Positions 47,351-57,840 of a stretch of DNA of 64,000 nt are shown here, one piece after another. Both the position numbers and the translations under genes were made by a program. The DNA lies in the NCBI GenBank assembly GCA_018208355.1, contig CP062796.1, positions 237,217 through 301,216 of the forward strand, written 5' to 3'. Below the pieces are notes generated by a model. It saw only the letters and a program-made list of their open reading frames with translations. It did not search any database and was not told the DNA's origin. Source of the DNA: Candidatus Fermentithermobacillus carboniphilus (GTDB lineage: Bacteria; Bacillota; Sulfobacillia; Fermentithermobacillales; Fermentithermobacillaceae). The first letter of the stretch is position 1. Each line of letters begins with the position of its first letter.

Positions 47351-47857
47351 GTGAGCGACCCTGCCGACATCCTCAGCGAACTTCTTCGCGCGGTCAACAA
47401 AGAACTGATGAACATGGTCACCGAGTGTCTGCATCATTACGGCATGGGACCCCAGGACATCATTGTAACCATGTTCGTCTCTCATAACCCCGGAACCACC
47501 GTCAGCGAGATAGCGCGGAAAACCAGGATGGCCAAGTCTCACGTTTCCAGGACCGTAGACCGGTTGGCAGAGCTCGGGTTTGTCAAGAAGCGACCCGATG
47601 AACAAGACAGACGCCTGGTGCGCCTTTACACCACCGACAACACTAGAGCTCACGTCGAGGCGGTCAACGCCCAGGTCAGAGAATTCATCACTGGAGCCCT
47701 GGACAATCTTCCCCATGACACGGTCCGGTCTCTCGTAGAGGGTCTTGCTCTCCTAAAAGACGCCCTGGAAAAACAACGTGTGCTGGCGACGAAGTCCCTC
47801 AGCTCGGCTCAGGACGGTCCTCCAGGCATGGCTTCTGATTCAAGGCAGCCTGTTTAA
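47351..47857 (+). CDS. MarR-family transcriptional regulator
   Basis: wHTH (TTVSEIARKTRMAKSHVSRTVDRLAELGFVKK); GTG after GAGGTG. Confidence 0.8.
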   Translation: MSDPADILSELLRAVNKELMNMVTECLHHYGMGPQDIIVTMFVSHNPGTTVSEIARKTRMAKSHVSRTVDRLAELGFVKKRPDEQDRRLVRLYTTDNTRAHVEAVNAQVREFITGALDNLPHDTVRSLVEGLALLKDALEKQRVLATKSLSSAQDGPPGMASDSRQPV

Positions 47858-47932
47858 GGCGGCCTGATTACAGTCTTAAGCGGCAGGCAGTCCCAGATTA
47901 GATACTTCAACGAATCCCGGAGATGATGGACT

Positions 47933-49675
47933 ATGTTGAGGCTGGCAAAACTGCTTAAACCTTTTGCTGCATCAATTGTGCTTGCTATGCTACTTGTGTT
48001 GGCTCAGGCCGTTGCGGACCTCGCACTTCCCACTCTCATGGCCGACATCGTCGATAAGGGCATAGTCAGAGGGGATACTGCGCTCATACTCAGGACAGGG
48101 GCCCGCATGCTGCTGGTAGCCCTGGGAGGAAGCACGGCAGCGGTCCTGGCAGCTTTCTTGTCGGCAAGAGTCTCCGCTGGTTTTGGAAAACTACTTCGAA
48201 ACATGGTATTTGAACACGTGGAAAGCTTCTCTCTACAGGATTTTGATAAATTTGGAACTGCATCCCTGGTCACCAGGACCACCAACGACATAACCCAGGT
48301 TCAAGTGGCAGTTTTTAGCACCATGAGGATCTTTGCCATGGCCCCGATGATGTGTATCGGCGGGGTCGTCATGGCAGTATCCGAACAGCCGAAACTCTCC
48401 ATGACGCTCATTAGTGCCCTGCCTTTCCTGGGTCTTGTGGTCTTATTTGGCGCAAAGGTCGCTCTTCCGCTGTTTAAGTCGTTACAGCTGAAGCTCGATA
48501 AGCTGAACCTGATTCTTCGCGAAAACCTTACAGGCATACGGGTTATACGGGCCTTCAACAGGACCGACCACGAACTACGCCGGTTTGATGCTGCAAATCT
48601 GGATCTCACCGGCACAGCACTTAAAGTCAATAGGCTGATGGCAGGGCTTTCGCCCCTGGTAATGCTCATACTCAACGGGACTATGATAGTCATCATGTGG
48701 ACTGGCGCCCACTATATCGATGCCGGCATCATGGAGGTCGGCAGTCTTATGGCATTCATACAGTATGCTATGCAGATACTCATGTCTCTTCTGATGGTTT
48801 CGATGCTATTTGTCCTGCTACCCAGGGCAAGCGCATCTGCTGACCGGATAGTCGAGGTGCTTGATACAAGGCCGACGGTCGTAGATGCAGAACGTTCGAT
48901 CGCCACCAACGTAGGCGCATCAAAAGTACGCCAAGGTGAGATCGAGTTCAGAAACGTGACCTTCAGGTATCCAGGAGCAGAGAGGCCAGCCCTAAAAAAC
49001 ATAAGTTTTGTCGCGCGTCCAGGTCAGGTGACAGCAATAATCGGTGGAACAGGATCTGGAAAGTCTACGCTGGTCAGCCTGATCCCGAGGTTTTACGACC
49101 CAGAAGGCGGGCAGATCCTAATTGATGGTATCGACATAAGGCAATACCCTCTGGATGAGCTCAGGGCTATGATCGGATTCGTACCTCAAAAGGCGGTCCT
49201 CTTCAGTGGAACTGTTTCAGAAAACATAAGGTACGGAAAACCTGACGCTACTGACGAAGAGGTTCGTACGGCAGCGAAAATAGCCCAAGCTGAGCAGTTC
49301 GTGGATGAGATGAGTAACGGGTTCGACTCGCTCATATCCCAGGGAGGGACGAACCTCTCGGGAGGCCAGAAGCAGCGACTCGCAATAGCACGAGCCATCG
49401 TCCGAAGGCCCAAGATATACGTTTTCGACGACAGCTTCAGTGCCCTTGACTTTAAGACTGACGCTAAACTGCGCGCAGCCTTAAAAGATGTAACAGCTCA
49501 GTCCACAGTCATCATAGTGGCACAGCGGGTAAGCACTGTGATGGACGCGGACCAGATAATCGTGCTTGACGAAGGTGAGATCGCAGGAATCGGAACTCAT
49601 CGTGAACTCATGAAAACGTGTCAAGCATACCGCGAAATTGTATCATCACAGCTTTCGGAGGAGGAAATCGCATGA
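47933..49675 (+). CDS. ABC exporter, fused permease/ATPase (heterodimeric multidrug-type, subunit 1)
   Basis: 6 TM helices plus NBD with GGTGSGKST, LSGGQKQR and Walker B VFDDSFSALD. Confidence 0.85.
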   Translation: MLRLAKLLKPFAASIVLAMLLVLAQAVADLALPTLMADIVDKGIVRGDTALILRTGARMLLVALGGSTAAVLAAFLSARVSAGFGKLLRNMVFEHVESFSLQDFDKFGTASLVTRTTNDITQVQVAVFSTMRIFAMAPMMCIGGVVMAVSEQPKLSMTLISALPFLGLVVLFGAKVALPLFKSLQLKLDKLNLILRENLTGIRVIRAFNRTDHELRRFDAANLDLTGTALKVNRLMAGLSPLVMLILNGTMIVIMWTGAHYIDAGIMEVGSLMAFIQYAMQILMSLLMVSMLFVLLPRASASADRIVEVLDTRPTVVDAERSIATNVGASKVRQGEIEFRNVTFRYPGAERPALKNISFVARPGQVTAIIGGTGSGKSTLVSLIPRFYDPEGGQILIDGIDIRQYPLDELRAMIGFVPQKAVLFSGTVSENIRYGKPDATDEEVRTAAKIAQAEQFVDEMSNGFDSLISQGGTNLSGGQKQRLAIARAIVRRPKIYVFDDSFSALDFKTDAKLRAALKDVTAQSTVIIVAQRVSTVMDADQIIVLDEGEIAGIGTHRELMKTCQAYREIVSSQLSEEEIA

Positions 49676-51561
49676 GCTCATCTGTTTCAGCAAGAGGCCG
49701 TGACGCTTCGCAGTTGCAGGCGGGTCCCCGCATTGGCTTCGGCGGCCATAGAGGTCTGGGACGACCTGTTGAAAAGCCCCGGGATTTTAAGGGAACCACG
49801 AAGAAACTTTTGAGGTACTTGGCTCCGCACAAGCTCAGCATACTCGCGGTGCTGATATGCGCAGTTCTGGGCACAGTTTTCAACATAGTCAGCCCCAGAA
49901 TTATGGGCCGGGTCACCACCAAGGTGTTCGAGGGACTGATGGCAAAGGCCATGCACGTTAGGGGTGCAGCAATTGATTTCGGGTTCATTCGGCAGACCCT
50001 TATAACCCTCACATCCTTGTACGTGTTAGCTGCGCTGTTCAACTTCGCCCAGCACTACATCATGGCTGGGGTTGCCCAGAGAGTAGTCTACAATATGAGG
50101 AAGGATGTAAGCGTCAAGCTTTCCAGGCTGCCCCTCAAGTTCTTCGATTCGAGGACTCACGGCGAGATACTTAGCCGCGTCACCAATGATGTGGACGTCG
50201 TGAGTTCCACCCTCCAGCAATCATTGACACAAATCATCTCGTCAGCTGTCACTCTTGTCGGAGTCCTAACCATGATGCTGAGCATCAGCCCGGCGCTAAC
50301 CCTTGTTACCTTGATCACAATTCCCCTTTCCGCTATCGTCACAGTCAACGTAGCCAGAAGGTCCCAGCGCTTCTTCGCAGGACAGCAGAAAACTTTAGGC
50401 GAGCTCAACGGCCACGTTGAGGAAATGTACGCCGGCCACAAGATTGTAAAAGCTTTCAGCAGAGAGAAAACGGCGATAGAACGATTCAAGCATATCAATG
50501 ACGAGCTGTACACCCATGCCTGGAAAGCCCAGTTTGTGTCGGGTATCATGATGCCGCTCATCAGTCTCGTGAACAATATAGGCTACATCATAATAGCGGT
50601 GGCTGGGGGCATCATGGTCACGAAGCGGGCCATCGCCATAGGCGACGTTCAGGCTTTCATAAGCTACTCGCGGCAGTTTACCCAGCCTATCGTCCAGACC
50701 GCCAACATAGCCAACATTATACAATCAACCATCGCCGCAGCAGAAAGGGTTTTCGAGGTGCTGGAAGAGGCCGAAGAATCTCCCGACCCGGATGACCCTG
50801 TGGTGCTGGAATCTCCAGAAGGCCAAGTAGCGTTCGAGCACGTCCGGTTTGGCTACAGAGAAGACGCCGTACTTATGGAAGACATCAATATCGCTGCTAA
50901 GCCCGGACAGGTGGTCGCAATAGTCGGGCCAACTGGTGCCGGGAAGACCACGCTGGTGAATCTTCTGATGCGCTTCTACGAAGTTCTTGATGGGCGTATT
51001 ACCCTGGACTCTGTAGATATACGCGACATGACCAGGAGCCATCTCCGGTCAAATCTGGGAATGGTTCTTCAAGATACGTGGCTTTTCAGCGGATCAATCC
51101 GCGACAACATAGCTTACGGTCGCGAAGGAGCTAGCATGGAAGAAATAGTAAAGGCAGCGCAAGCCGCACGTGCAGACCATTTCATAAGAACGCTACCTGA
51201 AGGATATGACACAATCATAAATGAAGACAGCACCAATATATCTCAGGGCCAAATGCAGCTTATTACGATAGCAAGAGCTATACTTGCGAACCCTGTCGTG
51301 CTGATCCTGGATGAGGCAACAAGCAGCGTGGATACTCGTACTGAGCTGCATATTCAGGAAGCGATGCGGGACCTCATGAAGGGACGAACCAGCTTCATAA
51401 TAGCTCATCGACTCTCGACCATCAGAAACGCTGACTTGATACTCGTGATGAACGAAGGGAAGATCATAGAGCAGGGAACCCACGCGGAGCTCATGGCAAG
51501 GAAAGGTTTCTACTACGAGCTGTATACAAGCCAGTTTACAGGAGCAAACAGGGTTGCATAA
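49672..51561 (+). CDS. ABC exporter, fused permease/ATPase (subunit 2)
   Basis: ATGA overlap with subunit 1; RBS GGAGGAGGA. GPTGAGKTT, ISQGQMQL (degenerate signature), ILDEATSSVD. Confidence 0.85.
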   Translation: MSSSVSARGRDASQLQAGPRIGFGGHRGLGRPVEKPRDFKGTTKKLLRYLAPHKLSILAVLICAVLGTVFNIVSPRIMGRVTTKVFEGLMAKAMHVRGAAIDFGFIRQTLITLTSLYVLAALFNFAQHYIMAGVAQRVVYNMRKDVSVKLSRLPLKFFDSRTHGEILSRVTNDVDVVSSTLQQSLTQIISSAVTLVGVLTMMLSISPALTLVTLITIPLSAIVTVNVARRSQRFFAGQQKTLGELNGHVEEMYAGHKIVKAFSREKTAIERFKHINDELYTHAWKAQFVSGIMMPLISLVNNIGYIIIAVAGGIMVTKRAIAIGDVQAFISYSRQFTQPIVQTANIANIIQSTIAAAERVFEVLEEAEESPDPDDPVVLESPEGQVAFEHVRFGYREDAVLMEDINIAAKPGQVVAIVGPTGAGKTTLVNLLMRFYEVLDGRITLDSVDIRDMTRSHLRSNLGMVLQDTWLFSGSIRDNIAYGREGASMEEIVKAAQAARADHFIRTLPEGYDTIINEDSTNISQGQMQLITIARAILANPVVLILDEATSSVDTRTELHIQEAMRDLMKGRTSFIIAHRLSTIRNADLILVMNEGKIIEQGTHAELMARKGFYYELYTSQFTGANRVA

Positions 51562-52198
51562 GCAAACGAGGAAGCAGCCCACAGAGATGAGATCAAATAT
51601 CGCATGGCGGAGCTCTCACGGAGCGTAGAGGCACAGAGAGGAGATACCCATGGCCAGGTAACATGCTATTTTCTGCCTGGCCGGGGTCAGGACTCGCTCG
51701 AACGTGCTCTGAGCCACCCGCATCTGCCTGGCACATTCCTCTTGCTCAAGCCCAATTAGAGCCCCATGACGGTCAATTATCCCTCAACAAACTCGCAATA
51801 CAACCTCTTTGTCAAGAATAACGACCCGATAGTCTTCCGGTATTCTCACGTGTTAGGGTGGTTGAAGTAACCTATGCCATAAAGGTTTTTGCACAGGAGC
51901 TCAAGAAGTCGGTGACCGTAGCACATCTGGACAACATCGCACGCTTGAGGTGTTGAAGAGACGCGCGCGGCGAGCCGTACCGTTCTGCCGACTTGCGGAG
52001 GACCCAGGTGAAAGAGCGGCGGATGGAACGGCGTGCAGTACCTTATCCGCTGGCGCAAGCGGCTGTTTTGACGCGTAAGGTGGAGCAATTACTTGCAAAG
52101 GAGACAACAAACCCCGCAGCGGTGGTACAAGGCGCTTGCGCTTTTTCATAGGTGTAACCCACGTCTAACGACTGCGGGAGCCAGCCTCGTTCATATGA

Positions 52199-52894
52199 CT
52201 AAAGAAGAACAAGTGCAAATTCCCACTTAAATCTGAGCCACTTTTCCCGCTGAAACACTACCCACTTCCGTCTAGGAGGAGCGGCATCGAGCGATTCCTT
52301 GGCAGTTGTCAGCGCGACAAAAACGGATCTTGTGCTGGAATCGGTGGGGTGTTTTATTTTCTTTTTCTTTGCCAAGATGACCACCTGGTTGAAGTCGCGG
52401 TACTCTTTGGGCGGAAATCTCCAGCACGAAATTGCCTCGTAAGAGTAATCAAGATGCCTGGCTATCTGCGGCGAGATCCTTTGTTGGGGAACGATGCACA
52501 CCAGTATACCCTCGTCAACGAGGAGGGGGGTGGTTTCGCGCAAAAACGTGTATTCTTTCCTTCTCGTTTCGAAGTTGCTGGTGTCCGCATCATAAGGTGG
52601 GTTAAGCAGCACAAGGCTAAAGGCGTTTTTTGCTACCGTGGCCTGCTCGAACACCCCCTTTGCGACGCAGTTTAGGTGTTTATCGGCTTCTCTTGCCCGT
52701 CCCAGGTCAAGTTCTATACCGTAAGTGACGGTGGCAGTGCCTGCCACTAGATCGGCAAGGGCTTTCCCGGTTCCGCAGCAGGGGTCGAGGACGGGGAACT
52801 CCTGGGACGGAAACTCAAGCATTGGTCTTATGAGGTTTACAACAACATCTGGGGTAGGATAGTACCCAATTTTTATTTGGGCCGTTAGGCGCAC
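52199..52894 (-). CDS. gamma-class SAM-dependent N6-adenine methyltransferase core without target-recognition domain
   Basis: YPTP, DPCCGTG (motif I) and LLNPPYD (motif IV). Only ~80 aa follow NPPY. GTG start after AAAGGAGGA with an in-frame stop immediately upstream. Confidence 0.6.
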   Translation of the reverse strand: MRLTAQIKIGYYPTPDVVVNLIRPMLEFPSQEFPVLDPCCGTGKALADLVAGTATVTYGIELDLGRAREADKHLNCVAKGVFEQATVAKNAFSLVLLNPPYDADTSNFETRRKEYTFLRETTPLLVDEGILVCIVPQQRISPQIARHLDYSYEAISCWRFPPKEYRDFNQVVILAKKKKIKHPTDSSTRSVFVALTTAKESLDAAPPRRKWVVFQREKWLRFKWEFALVLL

Positions 52895-53045
52895 TCAACA
52901 ATCCTCCTTTGAGCCGTCCGGTCGTGCCGGACGACTAAGTGTGTGGTTTTTGTCGCCCGGCTGGTCGCCGGACGCTTCCTTTCTGTCCTCGGACAGAAGA
53001 AGGAATTGAGAGTCCGGCAGGGTGCGCCTAGACAGGGGCGGTAGC

Positions 53046-53414
53046 TTATGCAGTGCCTGCAGCATCCGTGGTCTCGGAACGGATAAAGCAGTCCTTGTAC
53101 AACCGGATTTTTCCGACTGGCACCTTTGGGTCTTTCGCAGGCCCGCAATAAAGCCAGAGGATGAGGGCACAAGACCGCTGTTCTTTATCTGCAAGAAGCG
53201 AAAGTTTTAAGCAGTAGCTATCGAAGTCCACCGGGTTCATGCGGATCCGGGCTGGATCATAGCGTGTACCGGGCGTCCACCCGAGTTCCCTGTAAAATTG
53301 GTTTACTGCTTCAGCTCCACCAAGATTGATGTGGATCTCCGGTAAGTCCCGCTCTGTGAAAGGTTTTTTGTCCACGGTGAGATCCTCCCTGTGACGGAAA
53401 ATAAAAAGGCCCAT
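53046..53414 (-). CDS. hypothetical protein (uncertain)
   Basis: Open frame MGLFIFRHREDLTVDKKPFTERDLPEIHINLGGAEAVNQFYRELGW... No convincing RBS at any in-frame ATG. Confidence 0.25.
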   Translation of the reverse strand: MGLFIFRHREDLTVDKKPFTERDLPEIHINLGGAEAVNQFYRELGWTPGTRYDPARIRMNPVDFDSYCLKLSLLADKEQRSCALILWLYCGPAKDPKVPVGKIRLYKDCFIRSETTDAAGTA

Positions 53415-53577
53415 TCGACGCTGGATAACCAACGTGGAATGGGCCTGCCTCATCCTGTGAGAAAGGCTACTATGGTTTTGGGACCGACCTGTTTGCCGGG
53501 CCTTATGACCCGCCCGCCCTGCACCGCGAGGAGGTAAGGTCCATACGCAGGGCAACCCGGGAAACCCGGGCAATTGT

Positions 53578-53916
53578 CTACTTCACGATGGTATACAAAA
53601 CTCCGACAAGACCAACAAAGTTCCCGACGATTAACACAATGATCCACTTGAGAATGTCCCTAAATGCTCTTTCGATTTCTGCTTTGGTCTTTGCTAGTTC
53701 GGTCTTGAGCTCCTGTTCTACCCTTGTTATTTCGGACTTTAGCTCCTGGTACTCGGTCTTGTGTTCTAGGCTGTGTACTTCAAATTTGTGGTCTATCTCT
53801 GTCTTCTTGAGTTGCTCAAAGCGTTTGTCAACGGTTTGCTCTATAAAGGTGACCAGTGCTTGGGCTGTTTCGGGCGAAAAATATTTCGCCAGGTCCCCGG
53901 ACACGTTAGGTACCAT
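53578..53916 (-). CDS. coiled-coil protein with C-terminal TM anchor (DUF1640-like), hypothetical
   Basis: Heptad-rich EQLKKTEIDHKFEVHSLEHKTEYQELKSEITRVEQELKTELAKTKAEIERA, then IIVLIVGNFVGLVGVLYTIV. Confidence 0.5.
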   Translation of the reverse strand: MVPNVSGDLAKYFSPETAQALVTFIEQTVDKRFEQLKKTEIDHKFEVHSLEHKTEYQELKSEITRVEQELKTELAKTKAEIERAFRDILKWIIVLIVGNFVGLVGVLYTIVK

Positions 53917-53940
53917 TGACACGGCCACCTCCTCATCTCC

Positions 53941-54048
53941 ATTATACGCGATTTTTGTACAAGGTACATCTGATGGCTTCCTTGAAACCGTCTTTCACCT
54001 TTTCCCTGTGGTTGTTTGCAGGATTTTCAAAGACTTTGTACTTTGCCA
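53941..54048 (-). CDS. candidate 35-aa basic small protein
   Basis: GGAGA 7 nt before the ATG; encodes MAKYKVFENPANNHREKVKDGFKEAIRCTLYKNRV. Directly upstream of the coiled-coil gene. Confidence 0.3.
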
Positions 54049-54212
54049 TTTGTAAGTCTCCTTTCTTCTAAAATTCAATCTTGAACTACCCAAGGGATAC
54101 ATGGTCTTGTTACACTCTCGCGTTCCCCGTGCCCGTGCATGAGGTATATCTTGGTGCCTGAGCAATTTGATGAAGGCCCAGTAACGTTTTTCCGGTAGCT
54201 GCGGTTTTCTCC

Positions 54213-55121
54213 CTATGGCTGTTGTATTACCACCTCCTTGCCTGTTTTGCCAGCGTCTCGCACAGCTTTTATCCAGGCTCCGAGAGCATGTTTTGCTGCT
54301 TTCGGCAATGCGAAAGACCCACCTGGTTCCTCGACTGCTTTCTGGATTGACGCCTTAAACTGTGCCCGTATCGCCGGGCAATCAGGTAACTTGACGATGA
54401 TCTTTTCGTCTGTCTCGACGACTTCTGGGTCAAGCCACGGGAAAAGCCCTCTGGGAAACCCGACCGGTGAGGTCCCGCCTTTCAAAACAACGCTCTTGCG
54501 GGGTTCGCAAGCAATTTGCCAGGTTCCATACTCTCCAAGTACTTGCCATAAGTGCTCCATTAGAGATCTGTCCTCAAGATGGGCAGGTATCTTTTCTTTG
54601 AGGACATACTCGACAAACGTACGGTTATTTGCGCTGATCTGGAGATGCACATGAGACAAATCCTGAAGGTAATGTTTGATGAGTTTGGCCGCCGCGATAA
54701 GTCCATGGCATTCCGCGAAACGAGCCGGGACCACTCCAAAGCTAACGCTGCCAGAAAACTGTACCGGTCCTTCGAGAGTTAGACGCACGGTGCCCGACTT
54801 GTACGTTTCAACCCTTACCTTTTGCACCAGGACGTCCGGCACATTGCGTTTTCTTTTGGAACCATTCCCTTCCCTCTTCGGGAATTCCAGAATCACCTTT
54901 TTATCGTCCGCACTTACAACCAGGGAGGCCATGAATTCCTTTCCCTGTTTGTTCCTGAAACCGTGTAATACTGGCGTGCGCCCATTTGTCACAAGCTCCT
55001 CCATTTCGGCTGTTGTTAACCGTTTGCCAGCGATTTCTCGCCACAGAACAAACCCACACTGGGGGCATGTAAATGAACGTGGGTGCTCCTCCAGTTCGGA
55101 TTTACACAGGGGACACCGCAT
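54213..55121 (-). CDS. zinc-ribbon + topoisomerase-C-terminal-repeat protein with unassigned C-terminal domain (mobile-element-type)
   Basis: CPLCKSEL...CPQCG zinc ribbon, then GRTPVLHGFRNKQGKEFMASLVVSADDKKVILEF (Topo-C repeat). RBS AAAGGAGG. Confidence 0.6.
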   Translation of the reverse strand: MRCPLCKSELEEHPRSFTCPQCGFVLWREIAGKRLTTAEMEELVTNGRTPVLHGFRNKQGKEFMASLVVSADDKKVILEFPKREGNGSKRKRNVPDVLVQKVRVETYKSGTVRLTLEGPVQFSGSVSFGVVPARFAECHGLIAAAKLIKHYLQDLSHVHLQISANNRTFVEYVLKEKIPAHLEDRSLMEHLWQVLGEYGTWQIACEPRKSVVLKGGTSPVGFPRGLFPWLDPEVVETDEKIIVKLPDCPAIRAQFKASIQKAVEEPGGSFALPKAAKHALGAWIKAVRDAGKTGKEVVIQQP

Positions 55122-55273
55122 TGTCGGTGCGCCTCCTTTGACTCTACAAGACTTCGAGCCTGTTCCCGGCTCCGGTCGTTCCTACTCTTCTCGGCAAAAA
55201 CACGGCGACTCAATAAAAAAGGCCGGAGGCGAATTTTACCTCCGGCCCGGTTTCTCAGCGAGTTAGGCTTGCG

Positions 55274-55852
55274 TTACGGGCTAGCGAAGATCTCGCAGAC
55301 CCACTTGTCGCCAACTTCATCTAATGCAATACCTATTCCTACCCTAGTAGCACGAGGTTCTAGGATGATGGCTCTGTGTCCCTCGCTATACATAAAGTCT
55401 TGATGGATATAAGCCGCGTTTTTCTCGGCTTCGTATATTCCTATGTTCTCGCCAACGAACTTTGGTACAGCAAGTCCAAATTGCCTTAGTGAGGCACTTG
55501 CTTTCCCGATATTAGGGATGTCGTGAGTTAGATCGCCGAGTTCTACCAACTTTTGTGCCCTGTATCTGGCAACTTCGCAAAGTTTCGCATCCAGGATCAC
55601 AGGTTTCAATTTAGCCTGCTCCCTGGAAATGTTGATGTACTTGAGGATAAGAGGCACATACGTTTTGTTGGCTTCTTCGACCTTCTCAGGAGCGTTCGGA
55701 GGCAGCTGGGGCGGGTGCGCCTTCTTGTATGCCTCGATTGCCGCCTTGAGACCCTGCGAAAACAGCGCATCCCGCACTGACTTATCCAGGTTGTTTACGA
55801 TCGCAGTGCCGACGAGAGCGCCGATTAGCAGAACGGTCGCGACTACTTTCAT
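55274..55852 (-). CDS. secreted CAP/SCP-domain protein (YkwD-like)
   Basis: Signal peptide MKVVATVLLIGALVGTA. CAP motifs HQDFMYSEGHRAIIL and VGIGIA. Confidence 0.65.
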   Translation of the reverse strand: MKVVATVLLIGALVGTAIVNNLDKSVRDALFSQGLKAAIEAYKKAHPPQLPPNAPEKVEEANKTYVPLILKYINISREQAKLKPVILDAKLCEVARYRAQKLVELGDLTHDIPNIGKASASLRQFGLAVPKFVGENIGIYEAEKNAAYIHQDFMYSEGHRAIILEPRATRVGIGIALDEVGDKWVCEIFASP

Positions 55853-55864
55853 TGCGGATACACC

Positions 55865-56974
55865 TCACTTGGTGATACGGTACGTCCATGTAAAGGACTC
55901 TGTGGACGATACTGCTGCAGGGGTTGTATGGCTTGAAATCTCCTCCGGTTCGTTTTCAACAAGCTCAGGAGGAATCTTCCACACCAGGGCATGGTCAAGC
56001 AGAGGCCCGCTTGCAGTCGAATAAGCTCCTGCTCCTGAACCCATACCGGTTGCAGCATGGTACAAGAGGCCCAAGGCTCCGGTGGACCCGTTAAAGGCGT
56101 CCATAACCTGGTCACGGTTGGCAAAAGGCACAGACCCAAAATTGAATGTCTCTCTACTGGCAACTGTATCCATTGTGTTCGGGGTTCTGATTACTACAGA
56201 AGTCACTTCCGCATCTACCCCGTTCAGGGCCTGCCACAGCTGCAGCAGGCCGTTGTAGTCGTCCCTCACAAGCGACGCCGCAACCGCAGGAATGACTATC
56301 TTGTTAATGTATTCGATCTCGGCCTTCGAGTACTTGTTATAGATTCCAGTTCTCTTCCAAAATTCCTCCCTTGCCGCTCTGTCTGCAGCAAACATTGCCG
56401 TTGTATCCGGGTCCTGCAGCGCGGACTTGATCTGTTCCTTGACGAATTCTGCCGCTACCTCCCACTTGCGCCGTTCAAGGGAAGCCTCGGCCATTTGATG
56501 GGCAGCCCACCTGGCAGTATCATTCATGAGTGCTCCTACGAACGGAAGTCCTCCGCCTGCCAAACATCCCAAACCTGCCATAAGGTAATTTGCCGTGCTC
56601 TGGAAGAACGGCATGTTAGGAATGGTCTGTTCGAGGATGGTGCGGTATTCGTTGCTGGCGGGGATAATGAGCTTGTCCCCGTACATTATCGCTGAAGCGC
56701 TCCCGTTGACATATCCGGGAGGGGGCAAATTTTTAGCCTCTTCCCATACCGCCAGGGTCTCCGGCTTTATATGGGACAACACGGGGATCGACTGTATCTT
56801 TCCACCCTTATAGGTAGCAACTATTTTTCCGGGGTTCTTTGCTCCTGGCTTTATAAAATCCCATATGCTCCTGATTTCTTCCGGTGATTCAGTAACATGT
56901 CCCGCATAAATGAGACCAGGCACTCCGAGGATGAATCCGGACGCAACCAGAATTGCAATTACTCGCTTCAACAT
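55865..56974 (-). CDS. secreted hypothetical protein
   Basis: AAAGGAGGG RBS; signal peptide MLKRVIAILVASGFILGVPGLIYA. No known domain. Confidence 0.55.
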   Translation of the reverse strand: MLKRVIAILVASGFILGVPGLIYAGHVTESPEEIRSIWDFIKPGAKNPGKIVATYKGGKIQSIPVLSHIKPETLAVWEEAKNLPPPGYVNGSASAIMYGDKLIIPASNEYRTILEQTIPNMPFFQSTANYLMAGLGCLAGGGLPFVGALMNDTARWAAHQMAEASLERRKWEVAAEFVKEQIKSALQDPDTTAMFAADRAAREEFWKRTGIYNKYSKAEIEYINKIVIPAVAASLVRDDYNGLLQLWQALNGVDAEVTSVVIRTPNTMDTVASRETFNFGSVPFANRDQVMDAFNGSTGALGLLYHAATGMGSGAGAYSTASGPLLDHALVWKIPPELVENEPEEISSHTTPAAVSSTESFTWTYRITK

Positions 56975-56998
56975 CACCTACCCTCCTTTCCGACCACT

Positions 56999-57733
56999 TT
57001 ACGGGCCGGGACTCAAGTATGCCCGGCTCTCAGAACGAACTTTTACCTTGAATGCATCTAAACTACTGCTTCTCCCACGGGTTACAAACCTCATAATCGG
57101 GCCGAGGATCCTTGAAGGTACTTGGGCTTCGATTTCCATGTAAAACCCAACCGAATCTTTGGTCCGGGGCGCTTCTTGCTGCACTACTTTGGTAACGCTG
57201 ACATCGCGGAGTATTGCATCGTTCAGGACGTTCATATTGAAGGATGTTGTTGCCTGAGCCGATGCTAAAGCCGTATTCAGCACGGGCTGTACATCTTCTA
57301 CTACCTCTTTCCATTCGGTCACGTAAGTGACATAGTATTTTCCGGTTTCATCCCAAAATTCGTGCTTTACCAAGACTTCTTCTCCTGTAAACGGGTCTAT
57401 TTCAGGGATATACTCAACCCTCCTGACTCTCTGCGGCGTGTATTCGAGAATGACATCGTTTGGCGGAAAGTCTTCGGGGGCCAAAACTTCTGTAGCGGTG
57501 GTCTGAGCCTCCAACCTTTTAGTGACCACGATTTCCCGTTCCTGGACCGCCGCGAGTGTAGCTGTCACGGTGACACAATTGCCGTCCGCCGAAACGTTTA
57601 TCACAACATCGGTTGATGGGTTGAAACTCCTGCTAAACTCTATGGTCGCCCACAGCTCCGCAACCTTGCTGTTGGAACTGGGATTATATCCCGAGGCGGT
57701 ACAGGAGAGTGCTTGGACGTGGCCGAACCACAA
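56999..57733 (-). CDS. hypothetical protein, start uncertain
   Basis: Protein-like 244-aa frame. The track start is TTG without an RBS. Confidence 0.4.
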   Translation of the reverse strand: MWFGHVQALSCTASGYNPSSNSKVAELWATIEFSRSFNPSTDVVINVSADGNCVTVTATLAAVQEREIVVTKRLEAQTTATEVLAPEDFPPNDVILEYTPQRVRRVEYIPEIDPFTGEEVLVKHEFWDETGKYYVTYVTEWKEVVEDVQPVLNTALASAQATTSFNMNVLNDAILRDVSVTKVVQQEAPRTKDSVGFYMEIEAQVPSRILGPIMRFVTRGRSSSLDAFKVKVRSESRAYLSPGP

Positions 57734-57811
57734 CCGCTAGTGTTATCTATTTTCACGTGTCCTTTGACCTCGAAAAGCGCGCCGCACAAGCACTCGACAA
57801 TCGTCTTAAAC

Positions 57812-57840
57812 AGAAAAGCCCCTCCCCTAAGGACGGGCCC
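57812..57840 (-). terminator. putative intrinsic terminator downstream of the tRNA operon
   Basis: Minus-strand GCCCGUCCUUAGGGGAGGGGC followed by UUUUCUGUUU. Confidence 0.4.

Noticed and set aside
51846-52149. Two overlapping ~80-aa minus ORFs in the 640-nt gap downstream of the MTase
   Set aside because: Arg/Pro-rich, mutually overlapping and without RBS. Possibly decayed remains of the MTase C-terminal region but not callable.
52895-53194. 99-aa ORF directly abutting the MTase start
   Set aside because: An in-frame stop plus a strong RBS and GTG define the MTase start. The translation is not protein-like.
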